From positions 1-44,760 of the forward strand of contig ADNK01003215.1 in NCBI GenBank assembly GCA_000320545.1: a stretch of DNA of 44,760 nucleotides. The letters are read 5' to 3'. The stretch is from Bigelowiella natans CCMP2755 (Eukaryota > Protista > Cercozoa). The translations under genes and the position numbers were made by a program. This document shows, one piece after another, positions 13,480-25,748 of the stretch; position 1 is the stretch's first letter, and every line of letters begins with the position of its first letter. The notes beneath the pieces were generated by a model that was not told the origin of the DNA, searched no databases, and was given only the letters and a program-made list of their open reading frames with translations.

Positions 13480-13637
13480 AAATGTTAGACAAAGTACTCG
13501 CTGCCTCGGAGAGCTGTTTAGCTTCCTCATCCTCGCGTTGTTTTCTTTCTGCTTGAAGCTTATCCATTGCCTAATTTGTCGTATACATATGTCATTATAA
13601 TCACATTGCTTGGAACTCGCATGATTCATATTGGTAA

Positions 13638-13706
<69 letters not shown>

Positions 13707-13748
13707 ATGTGTATATCAATATATCACCATGGCAACAACTCCGCCCTG

Positions 13749-13786
<38 letters not shown>

Positions 13787-14045
13787 TATATATATTTATA
13801 TTATATATTTGGAAATATGTATTTGCATAGTCATATTAGAAAAACTGCATGCAGCGCAAACACACCTTCTTAAGCACCAATGCGTGCAGTTTCGAGAAAC
13901 CAAATCCTGTCGCAACCTCCATTGAAGAAAGCTCTTTTAATATCACCCCATCCACCTGTAAAGAGATGTGGAAATATAGACGTATATGTGCGCTGAAATC
14001 CATGGGGCAGCACAAATATCCATGGAAGGACGTCTCTGTAAGTGT

Positions 14046-14084
<39 letters not shown>

Positions 14085-14365
14085 TGTGCGTGTGGAAACT
14101 AATGCACCTTTTCATTCATTGCCTGCAATAGAAGAAGAAGAAGAAGAAGAAGAAGAAGAAAAAAGAAGATGATGATGATGATGATGATGATGAAGAAGAT
14201 AAATAGGAAGAAGCAAAAAATGGTCAAAAAGGGAGAAAGGAGTAGTAATCACAAGTCTTTTGTATAAACCAAGAATCGATCAATTTAAAACTTAAAAAAT
14301 ATTATCTTATTAGAGTAATATCTCCCTCTCCTTCTCTCTCCCCATTGGCTTTTACTCCATGTGCG

Positions 14366-14408
<43 letters not shown>

Positions 14409-15258
14409 GTGTGTGTGCTGATTTATATTGCTCACACTGCTGTTTGAACAATTGAAAATTACGAGCAGGTGGCAGAGTTACACCTTATCCGCATACTCTT
14501 CCCACACATCAGATTCTCCAATTTGTGTGATGAAAGCTTGAACCTGCGATGAAAGCAACTTAAGCTCTACATCGCCAGGAATCGAATGCTGTTCTTACGA
14601 AGGAACCTCTATGCATTTCCACTTTGCCATTGGCTTGTTGCGCCATGACTCCTTCCCTTCTTTCTTCTCTAAAAAGACGACCAAAAAAAGGGAGGTTTAT
14701 GTTTCGCAACAGCAATGATTTCCTCAACTCGTTCGCTCGAAACTATTATTCGAGTGAGCGCTGAAATATCCTGATTTCCGTGGCGTGCGGAAGCTGGACT
14801 TTGGCTGGTTTTATGCATTATCAATAACATCTTTCAAGCAGCCTCCTTCCTACCTTTTTTTGGAGTTTTCTTGGCGTCTTTATCTTCACCCTTGTTTCCA
14901 ATATTATTTTGTTGTTTCCACTCCAAGATTTGCGACCGAATAGCAATGTTGGGTACTAGCCCTGAGAAAGAGAGAAATAGAGAGAGAGAGGGGGGGGGGT
15001 GGGGGGGGGGGGGGGGGGAAAAAATTAACCAGGATGTTGGTGAAGGAGCAGAGAGCTGCGTTGTTCTGAAGACACTAATTTGAATCTTGGATTCGTATTT
15101 ATGGTGCTTCTTCTTCCGAAGGATGGCTTCGGTTTTATGATTCGAATCCTGCTTACGTGTGTCGTTCAGGGGCTGCCTCGTAACCTGGAAAATAGGCAAC
15201 GATGATTTTTACGAGGGGGGGGTAGAAAAATCGTGTGTTCCAATTCGAATATATATAC

Positions 15259-15304
<46 letters not shown>

Positions 15305-15741
15305 GACGCAGTGCTAACTAATATGTACAGATTTTGTTTCATGCATAACGTTTCTCACTTCGCGGGCAAGGGTACGTTCAAACACACACATGCACACAGA
15401 TGTCACAGGAAATCATAGCGACAGTACAAATCAGCGACGACGAACGAGGCTACAAGTGCGACGGTATTTACAGGATCGCTCCGTTTCCCCAATGCAAACC
15501 ACTCCGAGATGGACTAAAGCCGCGGGAAGAAGAAGGGTGTAAGTAGAAACGAATGGGTAATGTCTTCGAATTGAATAGCTCCCATAGTCATCTCATCCCC
15601 AGCATCATAACGTACCTCAAACTCGTAGGTTTGGCCAACCATGTTCATAACGGGATTGTTCATCAACTCTCTCGATATAGGACATAAGAAGCACAGCGGA
15701 GCTTCCACTTGCGGGCCCTCTCCCCCCTCTTCCGATGACAT
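3611..15741 (-). CDS. U-box E3 ligase-like protein with SAM domain, coiled coil and four tandem ~125-aa Tudor/SH3-like double-barrel repeats (roughly 30 or more exons)
   Basis: U-box: APLCFLCPISRELMNNPVMNMVGQTYEFE|SISEWFALGKRSDP|VTRQPLNDTRLVPNIAIRSQILEW (15741-14850). SAM-like: VQAFITQIGESDVWEEYADK|AMNEK|VDGVILKELSSMEVATGFGFSKLHALVLKK (14545-13865). Then four homologous modules down to PLIVISPPDNSPS-TGA at 3611. The linker exons at ~13500-13220 are uncertain; apparent homopolymer frameshift at 14683-14689. Confidence 0.8.
8018..8290. repeat. Degenerate (GAT/GGT/AAT)n trinucleotide array inside an intron
   Basis: About 270 bp of GAT-based repeats; source of the poly-M/H/I ORFs. Confidence 0.95.
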
Positions 15742-16138
15742 TGTTGAACTCCTCCTTCGATCGTTCCAAATTTGCGATGCCCTTGTGGTCGCCAGGTGGT
15801 CGATTGAGTTTTGTCGTACACGAAAATTCGCCTGTAAACAATGCATTTTCGAATCAAGAAGAGGCGTCAGGAAAAGTCTCAGAATTCGCAGTCATGGCAC
15901 AATGACCATGACGCACACGTAAAAAGGCATCTTTTTTTGCGAAACTGCCCGATCGCCTAAATTCTTCTCGAAAACGTGAGCCGAGCAAACCGGCGTCAAT
16001 CTCAGTCCCAAAGTTCTGAGGGAAGACTCTGTCGTAAGGCAAAGATTGCGTACTCCACTCAGCAGCAATAAGTTACAGATTTCTCAATGCTCCTCTTCCA
16101 TATTTCGCTTTTAACGTATGTTTATTATCTGCGACAAC
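15742..16138. promoter_or_regulatory. Short head-to-head spacer, presumed bidirectional promoter (U-box gene / zinc-finger gene)
   Basis: Position only; microsatellite-free with many CG dinucleotides; right boundary depends on the tentative ATG at 16139. Confidence 0.45.
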
Positions 16139-17460
16139 ATGGAAAGAACGTACGTTCTAAGTGTCTGTCTTGGTGCGTTTGACCTTGACGTCCAGGAAGT
16201 GCTGTACAGCTCTATTCAGGCGAATATTCCGTAGACGACAGCGTTTCTGACGGAATTCCAGCTAAAATATCATGGTTTCCTGCTATCTTAGAGTGCAAGC
16301 TCCCTCCAAAATTGTGTAATACGTGATTCAGATAAATATCAGCGATTGGGTATTGGGGTATTACTACGAATAGGATCATTAGATTGCAGAAAACCATCTA
16401 CGACAAGAACAGGAGTTTGTCGCAGTTCGAAATACAATCCACGCGTTCGAGGACCATCGTACCCCATCCCCGGTGCGACGACCTTGGGACGAAGACCATC
16501 GGAGCGAAACTTCCATTTGGATGGATATCAATGTAATGCACGAAACTCTTGCAGTTGTCCATTCCCTGAACTCACAAGTTTCGCCCCATTGTTGTTTGAA
16601 AAGACTCCTGCCATCGATATTCTACCGACAACTATTTCCAGCTCTCTCTCGGACATTGAGGAGAGCCTTCCTGATGCCGGTGAGAATTGCACTAGGGACA
16701 ACATAGCGTGAAATCCACCCCATCTAAGTCGACCCAGGAAGCCCTTGTAATTGTCCTGGTCGCACTTCGCATTGTGCATGTGCTCGTTGTTAATGCGTGC
16801 GTGCATACGATGGCTAATTATCAGATGAGGTATTCAAATATATGGATTTTGACGACGGCGATGATGATAGCACTTCCAAGATTAGTGGAGATGATATGTT
16901 TGCGGCAATGAAGATATCAGCAAACGTGGTAAATGATGGCGCTGAGGAGGTGAACGGCACTAGCAGCCACCGAAATCATCAATACAGCAGTAACAGTGCG
17001 TTGGATTATTCAAATGAAGCGAAACTGAGCAATGGCGCACGCGAAAACAATCGTCAAATGGGAAAAAATGGTAGAGGAAGGAAGAACAAGAAGAAAAGGA
17101 CGACGATAAAGGGAGCCCCGCCTTCCTCGTCATCTTCCTCTTCCGCAGATACACCAAGCGAGAAGAGAAAGAAGCGGGAAAATCAGCCCCATCCCTTTCC
17201 ACAGAAAACTATAGCTCTTTATCTTCGTGATATACTCTCCAACGATGATAGTAGCAAAGAACTCCAAGGTACTATTCGATTCCAAGTCATGTAGATCGGC
17301 CCCATTGAGCACATCCACACACGTACACAAACCGATATGTATACGTCAGATTGTTCGTGCAAAATCATGATTAATGAATTTGTGTATGCTCGTATGTTCT
17401 TATCCCTTAAAATACGTCGTTTTTGGGATCAATATTTAGTTTATAGTATGCGCTCTCTCT

Positions 17461-17503
<43 letters not shown>

Positions 17504-17669
17504 CTTCTCTATTATCATCCTCCTCTTAATCGCTCTTCGTTACTGTAAGGACCGACGAAGAAGCAGCTGCACGCCTCCGTAGATCTTCAAGAAGACCTCA
17601 AACGACTGATGAACGAGGCAAAGAACCTCCCACTGGGTAGTAGTTGCATGTGCTAAAACTAGCCCGCTG

Positions 17670-17703
<34 letters not shown>

Positions 17704-18116
17704 ACGGCAAATAGATAGATAGCAGTCAAACAAAGAAAGGCAGCAACCAATGCCAGCTCTTAGCCATTCTCGGCCACATCGATGGCGATGCTTCGATAAT
17801 AGTAGTAGTGGTAGTAGCAGTGGTGGTAGGGGAGGCAGTAGCAGCAATTGGAAGAATTTCGGGGAATCGTAGCTTGTTTGCGTGTCCTCCTATGAATCGG
17901 AATTGGTTTATTCTACCAGGCAACAAGTATAGCTGTACTTGTGGCGAGCTCATCACATTGTCGTGCAGTAGAAGGTAGTTTGAGCGGGAACTTGCTTCAT
18001 CATCGACTCTCTAATAAAAATATGTGCGCTATTCGTCCTACGCCTCAGTCATCTCCTTTGTATCGATTTGATTTCGATAAAATTAATTGCCACGACTTAT
18101 AGTAGCAAACATTCCT

Positions 18117-18153
<37 letters not shown>

Positions 18154-19226
18154 ACCCTCTCGCCCCCTGCCCCCCTGCCTCTCCCTCTTTCTCAATCGGG
18201 TTCGCTCATTTTCATCCAGGGGGAAGAAAGACAACAATCGATCTCTCTCAAACTTCGCCAAGCACCTTCTAAATACCTGTTCCCATGGACTAATCCGCCA
18301 TAAGGCCGAAATCACACGTCTAGCTAGCGCAAAGATATCAATGAAGAACCATAGAGTCCAAAGGGGGGGGCGGGGAGAGACACAAACACCCGCTGCGATT
18401 AGACAAAATACCAGTGATGGCAGTACGATGCGTGCTACCAGTGGGCATGATTGTGACGCTGCCGACGTCGAGGGAATTTTCAAGGTGAATGTGCCCTGTC
18501 CTTCTCCAGCAGTCTCGCTGCTAATAGCAGATTCAGGACTTCCAGTCTCAGCAGCTAGAACCGGAGATGGGGTAGGAGAGGTCGAGGGGAAAAGTGATGC
18601 TGGGACAACGACGAGACGACCGTCATCGTATAGGTTCCCTCTCATGAACCGCACATTTCGAGGCGCGGCAGCGATGAAAACTTGGATGGAAAGAGCGAGG
18701 TGCAGGCAACGCAGATCGAAGAGGGGATTCTGCAACAACAACGTCGGTGATAGCAAGTTCGGCTCTGGCCCCGCTAGCGGGGGGGCGAAGCGGAGGAGGA
18801 TGGAAGAAGACAGGTAGGAAAATGCCTTTGCGACAAGTATAGTATTCCACCTATTGATGCGCGCATATCCATCTATCGCTTCCTCCTCTCTCTTATTCAA
18901 TTTACTGCTGTTATAGGTATTCATCATCGCCTTCGCAACAACAGCAATGCTGGCACACAATGGCTCCTACCTCTTACCTGCTGCCAACATCTCCCCCTGC
19001 TTCAGCCGTGGCGGGGGAGAGTAAGGCTGCAGGCCTTGTCTCGAATTCGCCGGTCTTCTTTTCCAATGCAGCTGGGGGTAGGGAGGATGGGACGGAGCAT
19101 TGTGATCGCCGTGATAGAGAGATGTGGCCGCGGCGACGTTCGCGAGGGTTTTGTGAGACTGCATTTTGCCCTACACCCCGCGGGGACATCATTGGGGCCT
19201 TGCCGCCTTCAAATGATGAACATTGA
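16139..19226 (+). CDS. Hypothetical low-complexity, probably nuclear protein with a BED/C2HC-like zinc finger; 5' exons uncertain
   Basis: Exons join in frame from DEVFKYMDFDDGDDD (~16825) via GRGRKNKKKR (NLS-like), GPTKKQLHASVDLQEDLKRLM, GNKYSCTCGELITLSCSRR|GKKDNNRSLSNFAKHLLNTCSH, the 18341-18817 ORF and a last exon ending PPSNDEH-TGA (19226). The 16383-16707 open stretch and ATG 16139 are tentative upstream exons. Confidence 0.6.
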
Positions 19227-19459
19227 TAATTTAGTAAAGCTATACATATCTAGATGTCGTAACAGTGTCATTGATGATGGCAAATGTCTAGTTGTTGTAG
19301 TTGCTCTTCCAACGGTGAGAAATTTTCGATAACTAGCTAGGTAGATACGTCCGCGTCAATGTGATTGCTAGATGGGATGATCGATGGGCACGCATGATAG
19401 AATATGCGATATGTACATGTCAATTGTCATCCCAATTTAGCTATGCAATGCAGCGGCTA

Positions 19460-20500
19460 CAGCGCTCAAGTTGTGTCTGTTTGTTTCCTTTGTCACATGT
19501 TGCATGCTTGAAAATGCATTGCAATTTGTATGTTTGGTCTGCAACATGCGCCGGCCACAGCGCCAATGTTCAATCCGTCATTGCAATGTGTGCCTAGCGC
19601 AGACACGTGAGCTGAATTGTGAGCCACCATCATTGGACGCAACCAGGCGACAACGCACGTCTGACTGCCGCCGCCCTATCCGCGCAGCGGTTGCGTGTGC
19701 GATGCAGTGGTGCAGTCTAGCAGTGGACTAGCTGCAGCTTGTTAGTGCCTGCTAGCCTGGGCCATGTGCGGCCATTTGCTTCGCATTGAAATGCACATGA
19801 GCTCACAATCAGGTCAAACCTAGCAACGTTGCTTGCATGGCTGCAGCGCAAAAGAAGAGCCGCGCGTTCCTGGCGCTCGTGCACGCAGCGCTTCAGATTG
19901 ATGAATGTGATCACAGAATACAACTGCAGCACTAGATGGATTGAGCGTCAAAGTCCAATTTTGAACCGAGAAACGACCAAAAACGTGACAGTTTCAATGG
20001 GCCAACAACATGAAAATGCCGCTTAGCGAACAACGCTGTCCTTGCCAAGTGCGAAATGCGAGAAGTTTGGCAGCAATGAAAGCTGCAAGCTAGCAAGCAA
20101 TGTGCAACGCTGCAGCAGTCTAGCAGTGCTGAAGTGTTTTGAATGTGCGCAACGCGCGCACACACCAATGATGAGCTGCGCGCATGCACAAGCACGAAAA
20201 ATCTCCGCTGCAGCCATGCGAACAATCGTATCGAAGCTTCAACAATCGCTTTCAAAACCTCGCGCTTGCTCAAACACAAACAAACTCGTTGCAGGCTTAG
20301 CTTTGACCTGCGCTAGGCTAGTAGGTGCTAGCGCGCACGCAGGTCTAGCTAGCTAGACTAGTAGAAGCTAAGTGTCCTAGCTAGCTAGCACGTGAATTAT
20401 GTGAGCTAGCTAGCCTAGCTAGCTAGCTGGTGTGAGCAACAAACATTGATGTGACTGCAGAACACTTATTTTGCACTAGCTAGCTAGTGCATGATGACAT
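19460..20500. other. TpA-depleted, CTAG-rich intergenic tract B, ending in (CTAG)n-like clusters
   Basis: Only about three TA outside CTA/TAG in 19460-20395; abundant TGCA/CATG; CTAGCTAG runs at 20345-20487. Confidence 0.88.
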
Positions 20501-20541
20501 TATTATTGTGTGCGAGCATGGTGGCATCGGTGCATAGGCAC

Positions 20542-20692
20542 TGCTTACTTCATGTGCAATTGCGCCGCAGCAGTTGAAACCACTCGCGGTGTGCATTGGG
20601 AAAAAATGCGCACGCACGGCACACGTCCTTGTTGTTCCTTGCAACCGCGAGTGGTTTCAACTGCTGCGGCGCAATTGCACATGAAGTAAGCA
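20542..20692. repeat. Inverted repeat: 49-bp perfect arms with 53-nt spacer (MITE-like or hairpin)
   Basis: 20542-20590 TGCTTACTTCATGTGCAATTGCGCCGCAGCAGTTGAAACCACTCGCGGT is the exact reverse complement of 20644-20692; imperfect pairing extends to about 20526 and 20711. Confidence 0.95.
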
Positions 20693-20911
20693 ATGCCCAT
20701 ACCAGACCGATCTAATCACTCCAGCTTAGCAGCGGCGGCGAAACATGCGAGCAACACATGCACACAGCAATTCTAACGTAGGTTCCTGTTTTCTCATGTC
20801 GCTTACTTCATGATGCACATACATCATGTGTGTTGTGTGTGCGTGTAACCCACGAATCTTGCATTTTAAGTTGAGAAAAAAGTTTTTAAAAATGACAGGA
20901 GGAAGAAAAGT

Positions 20912-20951
<40 letters not shown>

Positions 20952-21089
20952 GCCCGAAACACCTGTTACATCGACTTGTCGAATAAACAGCAATGACAGT
21001 GTTGTTGCACGTCCTCCTCCTCCTCCTCCTCCTCCTCCTCCTCCCTGTCATATCCACTTAATCTGGCCGATGTATGTGTGTGTGTGTGC

Positions 21090-21499
21090 CTATTTGCAAC
21101 ACTTCGAGTCGTTGGTCCTTTGCTTCCCTCCTCCATCAACCTCAACTACACCAAGATCTGCCACGCCGCTATCTTCATCCAGTCGCTGAAGGGGGGAGGG
21201 CGAAGAGAAACTTAGACACACGCTATCAAATCAATGAACTTATTTCCACATCACGGCTGCCAAAAGACTACCGCTTTGCTGGAGAAAGACTGGTTGTATA
21301 TTTGCTTCACGACATTCAGAAATGCCTATCAAAACCGTGATAATAGGAAGAAAAGACTCATCATCCAACTAATCGTACCATAAAATCACTATGCGAGATC
21401 TAGCAGTCTGTAAGCAGCAGTGAAGAGCAGCAAACCGAACCCCAACAACCCCCACAAATGCACGGGGATATACCGAGAGCAAAACAGAAGGATAAAACA

Positions 21500-21538
<39 letters not shown>

Positions 21539-23057
21539 TTATAAGGAAGAATAAGTGATCATGGGTTTCTTCTTCTAGCAGCTGTTACGACGCTGTAAGT
21601 AATTGCGAAAAACTCGTTTGTTTGGGTGGATATTGCTTCCCCTCTTCTCCCGGCGTCTCACTCCTACGCTATTCCCTCTTCTTCCCTTCTCTCGTTCTTC
21701 AAACCTCTTCAACGTTCACGCTGGTTTTAGCTGAAGTCTCGATGAAGGGCAGGTTCCTTTCCCTAGCAAATTCCATCCCATCTTCCACCGTAACTTCCCT
21801 ATAGGAGTGGGGGGGGGGAAGTGGGGGTCAGGAGGCATTTTACTTTCGGCGAAATGGCCATCAGTTACATTTCATTGGAATCATCCAAACTACTGCATTT
21901 TATCGCTTTTGGCCGTTCATTCTTCTAGTGCGGTTAATAATAGCATGCTATCTACCTACCTAGCGTTTTCGGAGTCAGCAACCAAATCAACCTTGTTACC
22001 GATCAGATGCAGCACTATGTCGCCACCTGGGTTTTGCGTAGTTCAGAGTTATACAGGGGGAGGCTTTAGGGATGATAGCGATAATTTTGATGATGCCATG
22101 GATGCTCGTGATGATGGTGGTAATGGGTAGTGATCACGGGAAGTGTGCGCTTGCGCTGAATATCAAAAGTCATCGTATTCTTTGTCCCGAAAAGCATTTC
22201 TATTCCATAACAAGCATGTTAATGCATACTTGCATGGTCTCGAAGTTCCCGGAGCCATCTTACAACATTCTGAATGTGCGGTTGGGATGAGGGGTAACAA
22301 AGCTCTATCAGCAACACCAAATACCTCCCAACACTCTTTGAGAATCGAGATGTGTCACGACATCATGGCCTATTTCACAATCACGGATTCACTCCCTAAC
22401 CTGGAAGGTAATCTGTTTTGTGACGTCGTATATCATCATAGCGCCAGCGGCTCCGCGGTAGTAAGCATTGGTGATGGCCCTGTATCTGTCGTTGTGGGTG
22501 GGTGCAGCAGGTGTAAGGATTCACTTCATTGCCCCCATCTCAGCTATTGACATACAAGCACACGATGGATGAGGTTACCTCTCCTGCCCAGCTGTGTCCC
22601 ATATCTACAATTTATTTGGCGCACCAGGTAGAGGGGGTTGATAGTTAAGCAAGATTCGTAAACGTGTTGGTGCGTGCAGTCGTTTACCAAATGAACAGCT
22701 AGGCACGCAAAAATAGTACAAGTATAAAACCCAAGCACAAACACACACACACACACACACCTATATGTGCACACACGCAAATATTTACTAATAAGCTTGT
22801 TGCCAAATATCACGGTTCCAAAGCAAACACAGGATGATTCTATGACATTGCACGTCGGAGACCTGTGCCTTGACAAGCTTCCCATCGTCCATCTTGACAA
22901 TTCTTGTGGCGAATTCTACTCCGATTGTGGATTTTTCGTCCGTGCAGAAAACATTGCGGGTGAAGCGAGAAAGCAGGTTAGACTTTCCCACCCCCGAGTC
23001 TCCGACGAGAACGATCTTAAACATATGATCCCATTTCTTCCCTCCGGATGATGTCAT
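21090..23057 (-). CDS. RAB11: Rab11-like small GTPase, 8 exons
   Basis: [33 protein letters not shown]|IWDTAGQER|[41 protein letters not shown]-terminal DSKCCK-TAG prenylation motif; all introns GT-AG. Confidence 0.93.
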
Positions 23058-24472
23058 CGTGATTTGAGCGGCGAGTTTTTTTTGCGATAATCCCTATATC
23101 TCCAATTAATCTTATTTGCAATGTCTCGTGGTATGTTCTCCGTTCTCGCTTCGACCCGAGAGTTTGTCCCACCTGCTTCGGAGAAAATGAGTGAACTAGA
23201 TGATGTACACTGCTTTCACATGGTTTTAACCGGAAAGGTTTCTTCGCGGCAAAATCGAAAAGGAAGTTTATCGTCCTCAAGTCTATGAGAGACGCGGGTG
23301 GACGATATTTAAATCGTTTCAATGCATTGGTGGCTACACAAAAGTCCCTAATTTTCTTCCCGAACTACTCTCCCCTCAACTACATCCAACTCCGAGCATT
23401 TGCTGCGAATTGAAAGTCGGAACTCCCTTACAACTTAACTTCAAGCTCTCCAAATTTTCCACTACGCACGCATGCCAACTTATGTGCTAGCGTCAACCTC
23501 TTACGATGTGCTAGCTTATCCAGTGGAGTTTGGAATGCGAGATCCAGACGGAATGGAGTCTTGGCCTTTGCAGACGCAGATTCAGATATTGGGGAGATGT
23601 CTTCATATTACCATATACTGAAAAATACCCTCTAAATTTTGGAAAATTCTTGCAAGGATTTTGTCGTAGGTACTTAAATGGATTTTTTCTGCCGGCCGAA
23701 AAGAACTGTGAGAAGAGTCTGCGGGATCAAGTGTTTCGAAGAGTTGCAAGGACGCCGTACAAAAATTATTTGCGACTTGTAAACAGTTCAATAAATGGTG
23801 AAAATATATAATGTTTATGGAACAGTTCTTGATAATTTCCTCACATCGGACAAGCATAGTATTAAGAATCAAAGCTGGCATACACACGTTGTACTATTTG
23901 CTAAAAATTCTTTATATTGGGCATATGCGGCTGACTTATAGGAATAATAAATCCTTTTCACCTGAGGCTTCGTGTATTTGAGGGAAATTCAAAACCTCAA
24001 ACTACTTTTCTCGAGAAAAGATTCGGGTTCGATTGCGTCGCCATGAAAATATGGCACCTTTTTACCCAAAATCCTACTGCTGGGGGAGAGGTGAAAACTT
24101 TTTGTCGCATATATGTAAATGCTTTCTTTTCGAGACTACGTCATGCTTTTTGGAAATTGTAAGCCCGTTTGAAATTTTAACCTACGACACCGCATTGAGG
24201 ATAACGCGAGCCTCGCAGAAAGTGGGGGGGGGGCAAGTCAAGGCAAAAGTCGACTGGATTGGTAATTTTGACAAGGTATTTGTCCGATTTAAGAAGAAAT
24301 ACTTCTATGAAATAATGTTTATATTTTGCCTAAAAAATACCTGGGATGGTGGTGAGATGAAAAAATGAAAGGGAAGGAGTGAAAACCATGCCCGGTGACT
24401 TAACTCTCCCTCGCCATCTGTCTTCCCTGAAAGAAGATGCCTTCATTAAACAATCTTCAGTAGAAGTAAATC
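23058..24472. promoter_or_regulatory. Head-to-head spacer, presumed divergent promoter region (Rab11 / bromodomain gene)
   Basis: Position between two divergent start codons; essentially free of microsatellites; ordinary TA content. No specific sites demonstrated. Confidence 0.55.
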
Positions 24473-24600
24473 ATGTCGATGACACGCAAAAAGAAACGTG
24501 GAGGATCAAGGTATTGATGAAGAGTTAGAGACGGCGGGAAATAAAGCCAGGATCCATCAGGGCTCACACAAAACAAAAGCCCTTCGGCAAACTAAAAGAC

Positions 24601-24671
<71 letters not shown>

Positions 24672-25665
24672 GAAAGATAACAAAAATCGAATATTGTTTT
24701 CGTTGTTAACGTGTAATCCTTCTTTTCGTATATCCTCATAGGCTGAAGGGAAAGCTCCCCGACTCTATGCAGGGGTGGGTATGCTTGCATGCTTCGAACA
24801 GTGGCGTTCTTTGCAAATCTTACTTTAACGAAAAGATCCCTAATTCTACGCTGGACTTTCTAAAATAAATGCATATTCCCGGTCTTTCAACCTACAGATG
24901 CCTTGATATTCTAAAAAACCTGCAATCGAGACAAGAAGCTGGCCCTTTCCTCGAACCTGTAATGATGTGATAGACAGCACTGATACGTATTAAAGCTAGG
25001 TCTATGATATGCTTGGCGAAGACTCGTCGCGTTTACTTTAGATTTGAGAGATGATGGTGGACATAATGCCTGTGATTAGGTTGACTGGAAAAGATTCGAT
25101 CTTCCTAATTACCCTCTTATCATTAAACGGTATGTGTGCAGTGGTAGAAGTAGCAACACTGAGTAGTAGTTGTACTGTATCAATAGATATCAGTATTGCA
25201 CGCTGCTTTATCTTTCTCCGACTTACTTTTACCCACGAAATGTGTATGCTATAGTTCGTCAACTATAGTAAATATTATACATTTCATTTTTTAATAATCA
25301 TGTTTAAAATGACACACATGCTTGTTTGATCTACCGAACAGGCCGATGGACCTCGGAACGATAGAGGTGTTGCTGTCCAAAAGACGCCTCCTTATACTTA
25401 AGACTTATCTTGGGAAAACTGCAGCTGTCACTTGTGCTTTCTCTTCGTGCTGTATCGATGTCACTAGCTACATTTACGGAGCGCGGCAATACCCTGTAGA
25501 CAAAGGAATGCGGAGCTCATTTTTGGCAATATGTTTTATACCTCTTTGCAGCGGCGAATATTTGACAGTTTCTACGCGACGAGTGATGAGTTTGCAGAAG
25601 ATGTGCGCCTAGTGTGGGCGAATGCGCAGGTTGATTCCACGCATTTATTTATAGAACAGCACACT

Positions 25666-25748
<83 letters not shown>

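Noticed and set aside
18097-18960. 287-aa minus-strand ORF
   Set aside because: Antisense to a plus-strand exon that splices in frame with the zinc-finger exon; ends in a (GA)n translation.
19361-20356. Cluster of Cys/His/Ala-rich ORFs in the TA-depleted tracts (also 28085-28789 and 40700-41275)
   Set aside because: Expected by-product of TA loss (few stops, many TGY/CAY codons); no recognisable domains.
24478-24490. GATGACACGCAAA, resembling part of U6 snRNA
   Set aside because: Only 13 nt, lacks the ACAGAGA box and flanking U6 sequence, and lies in the first coding exon of the bromodomain gene.
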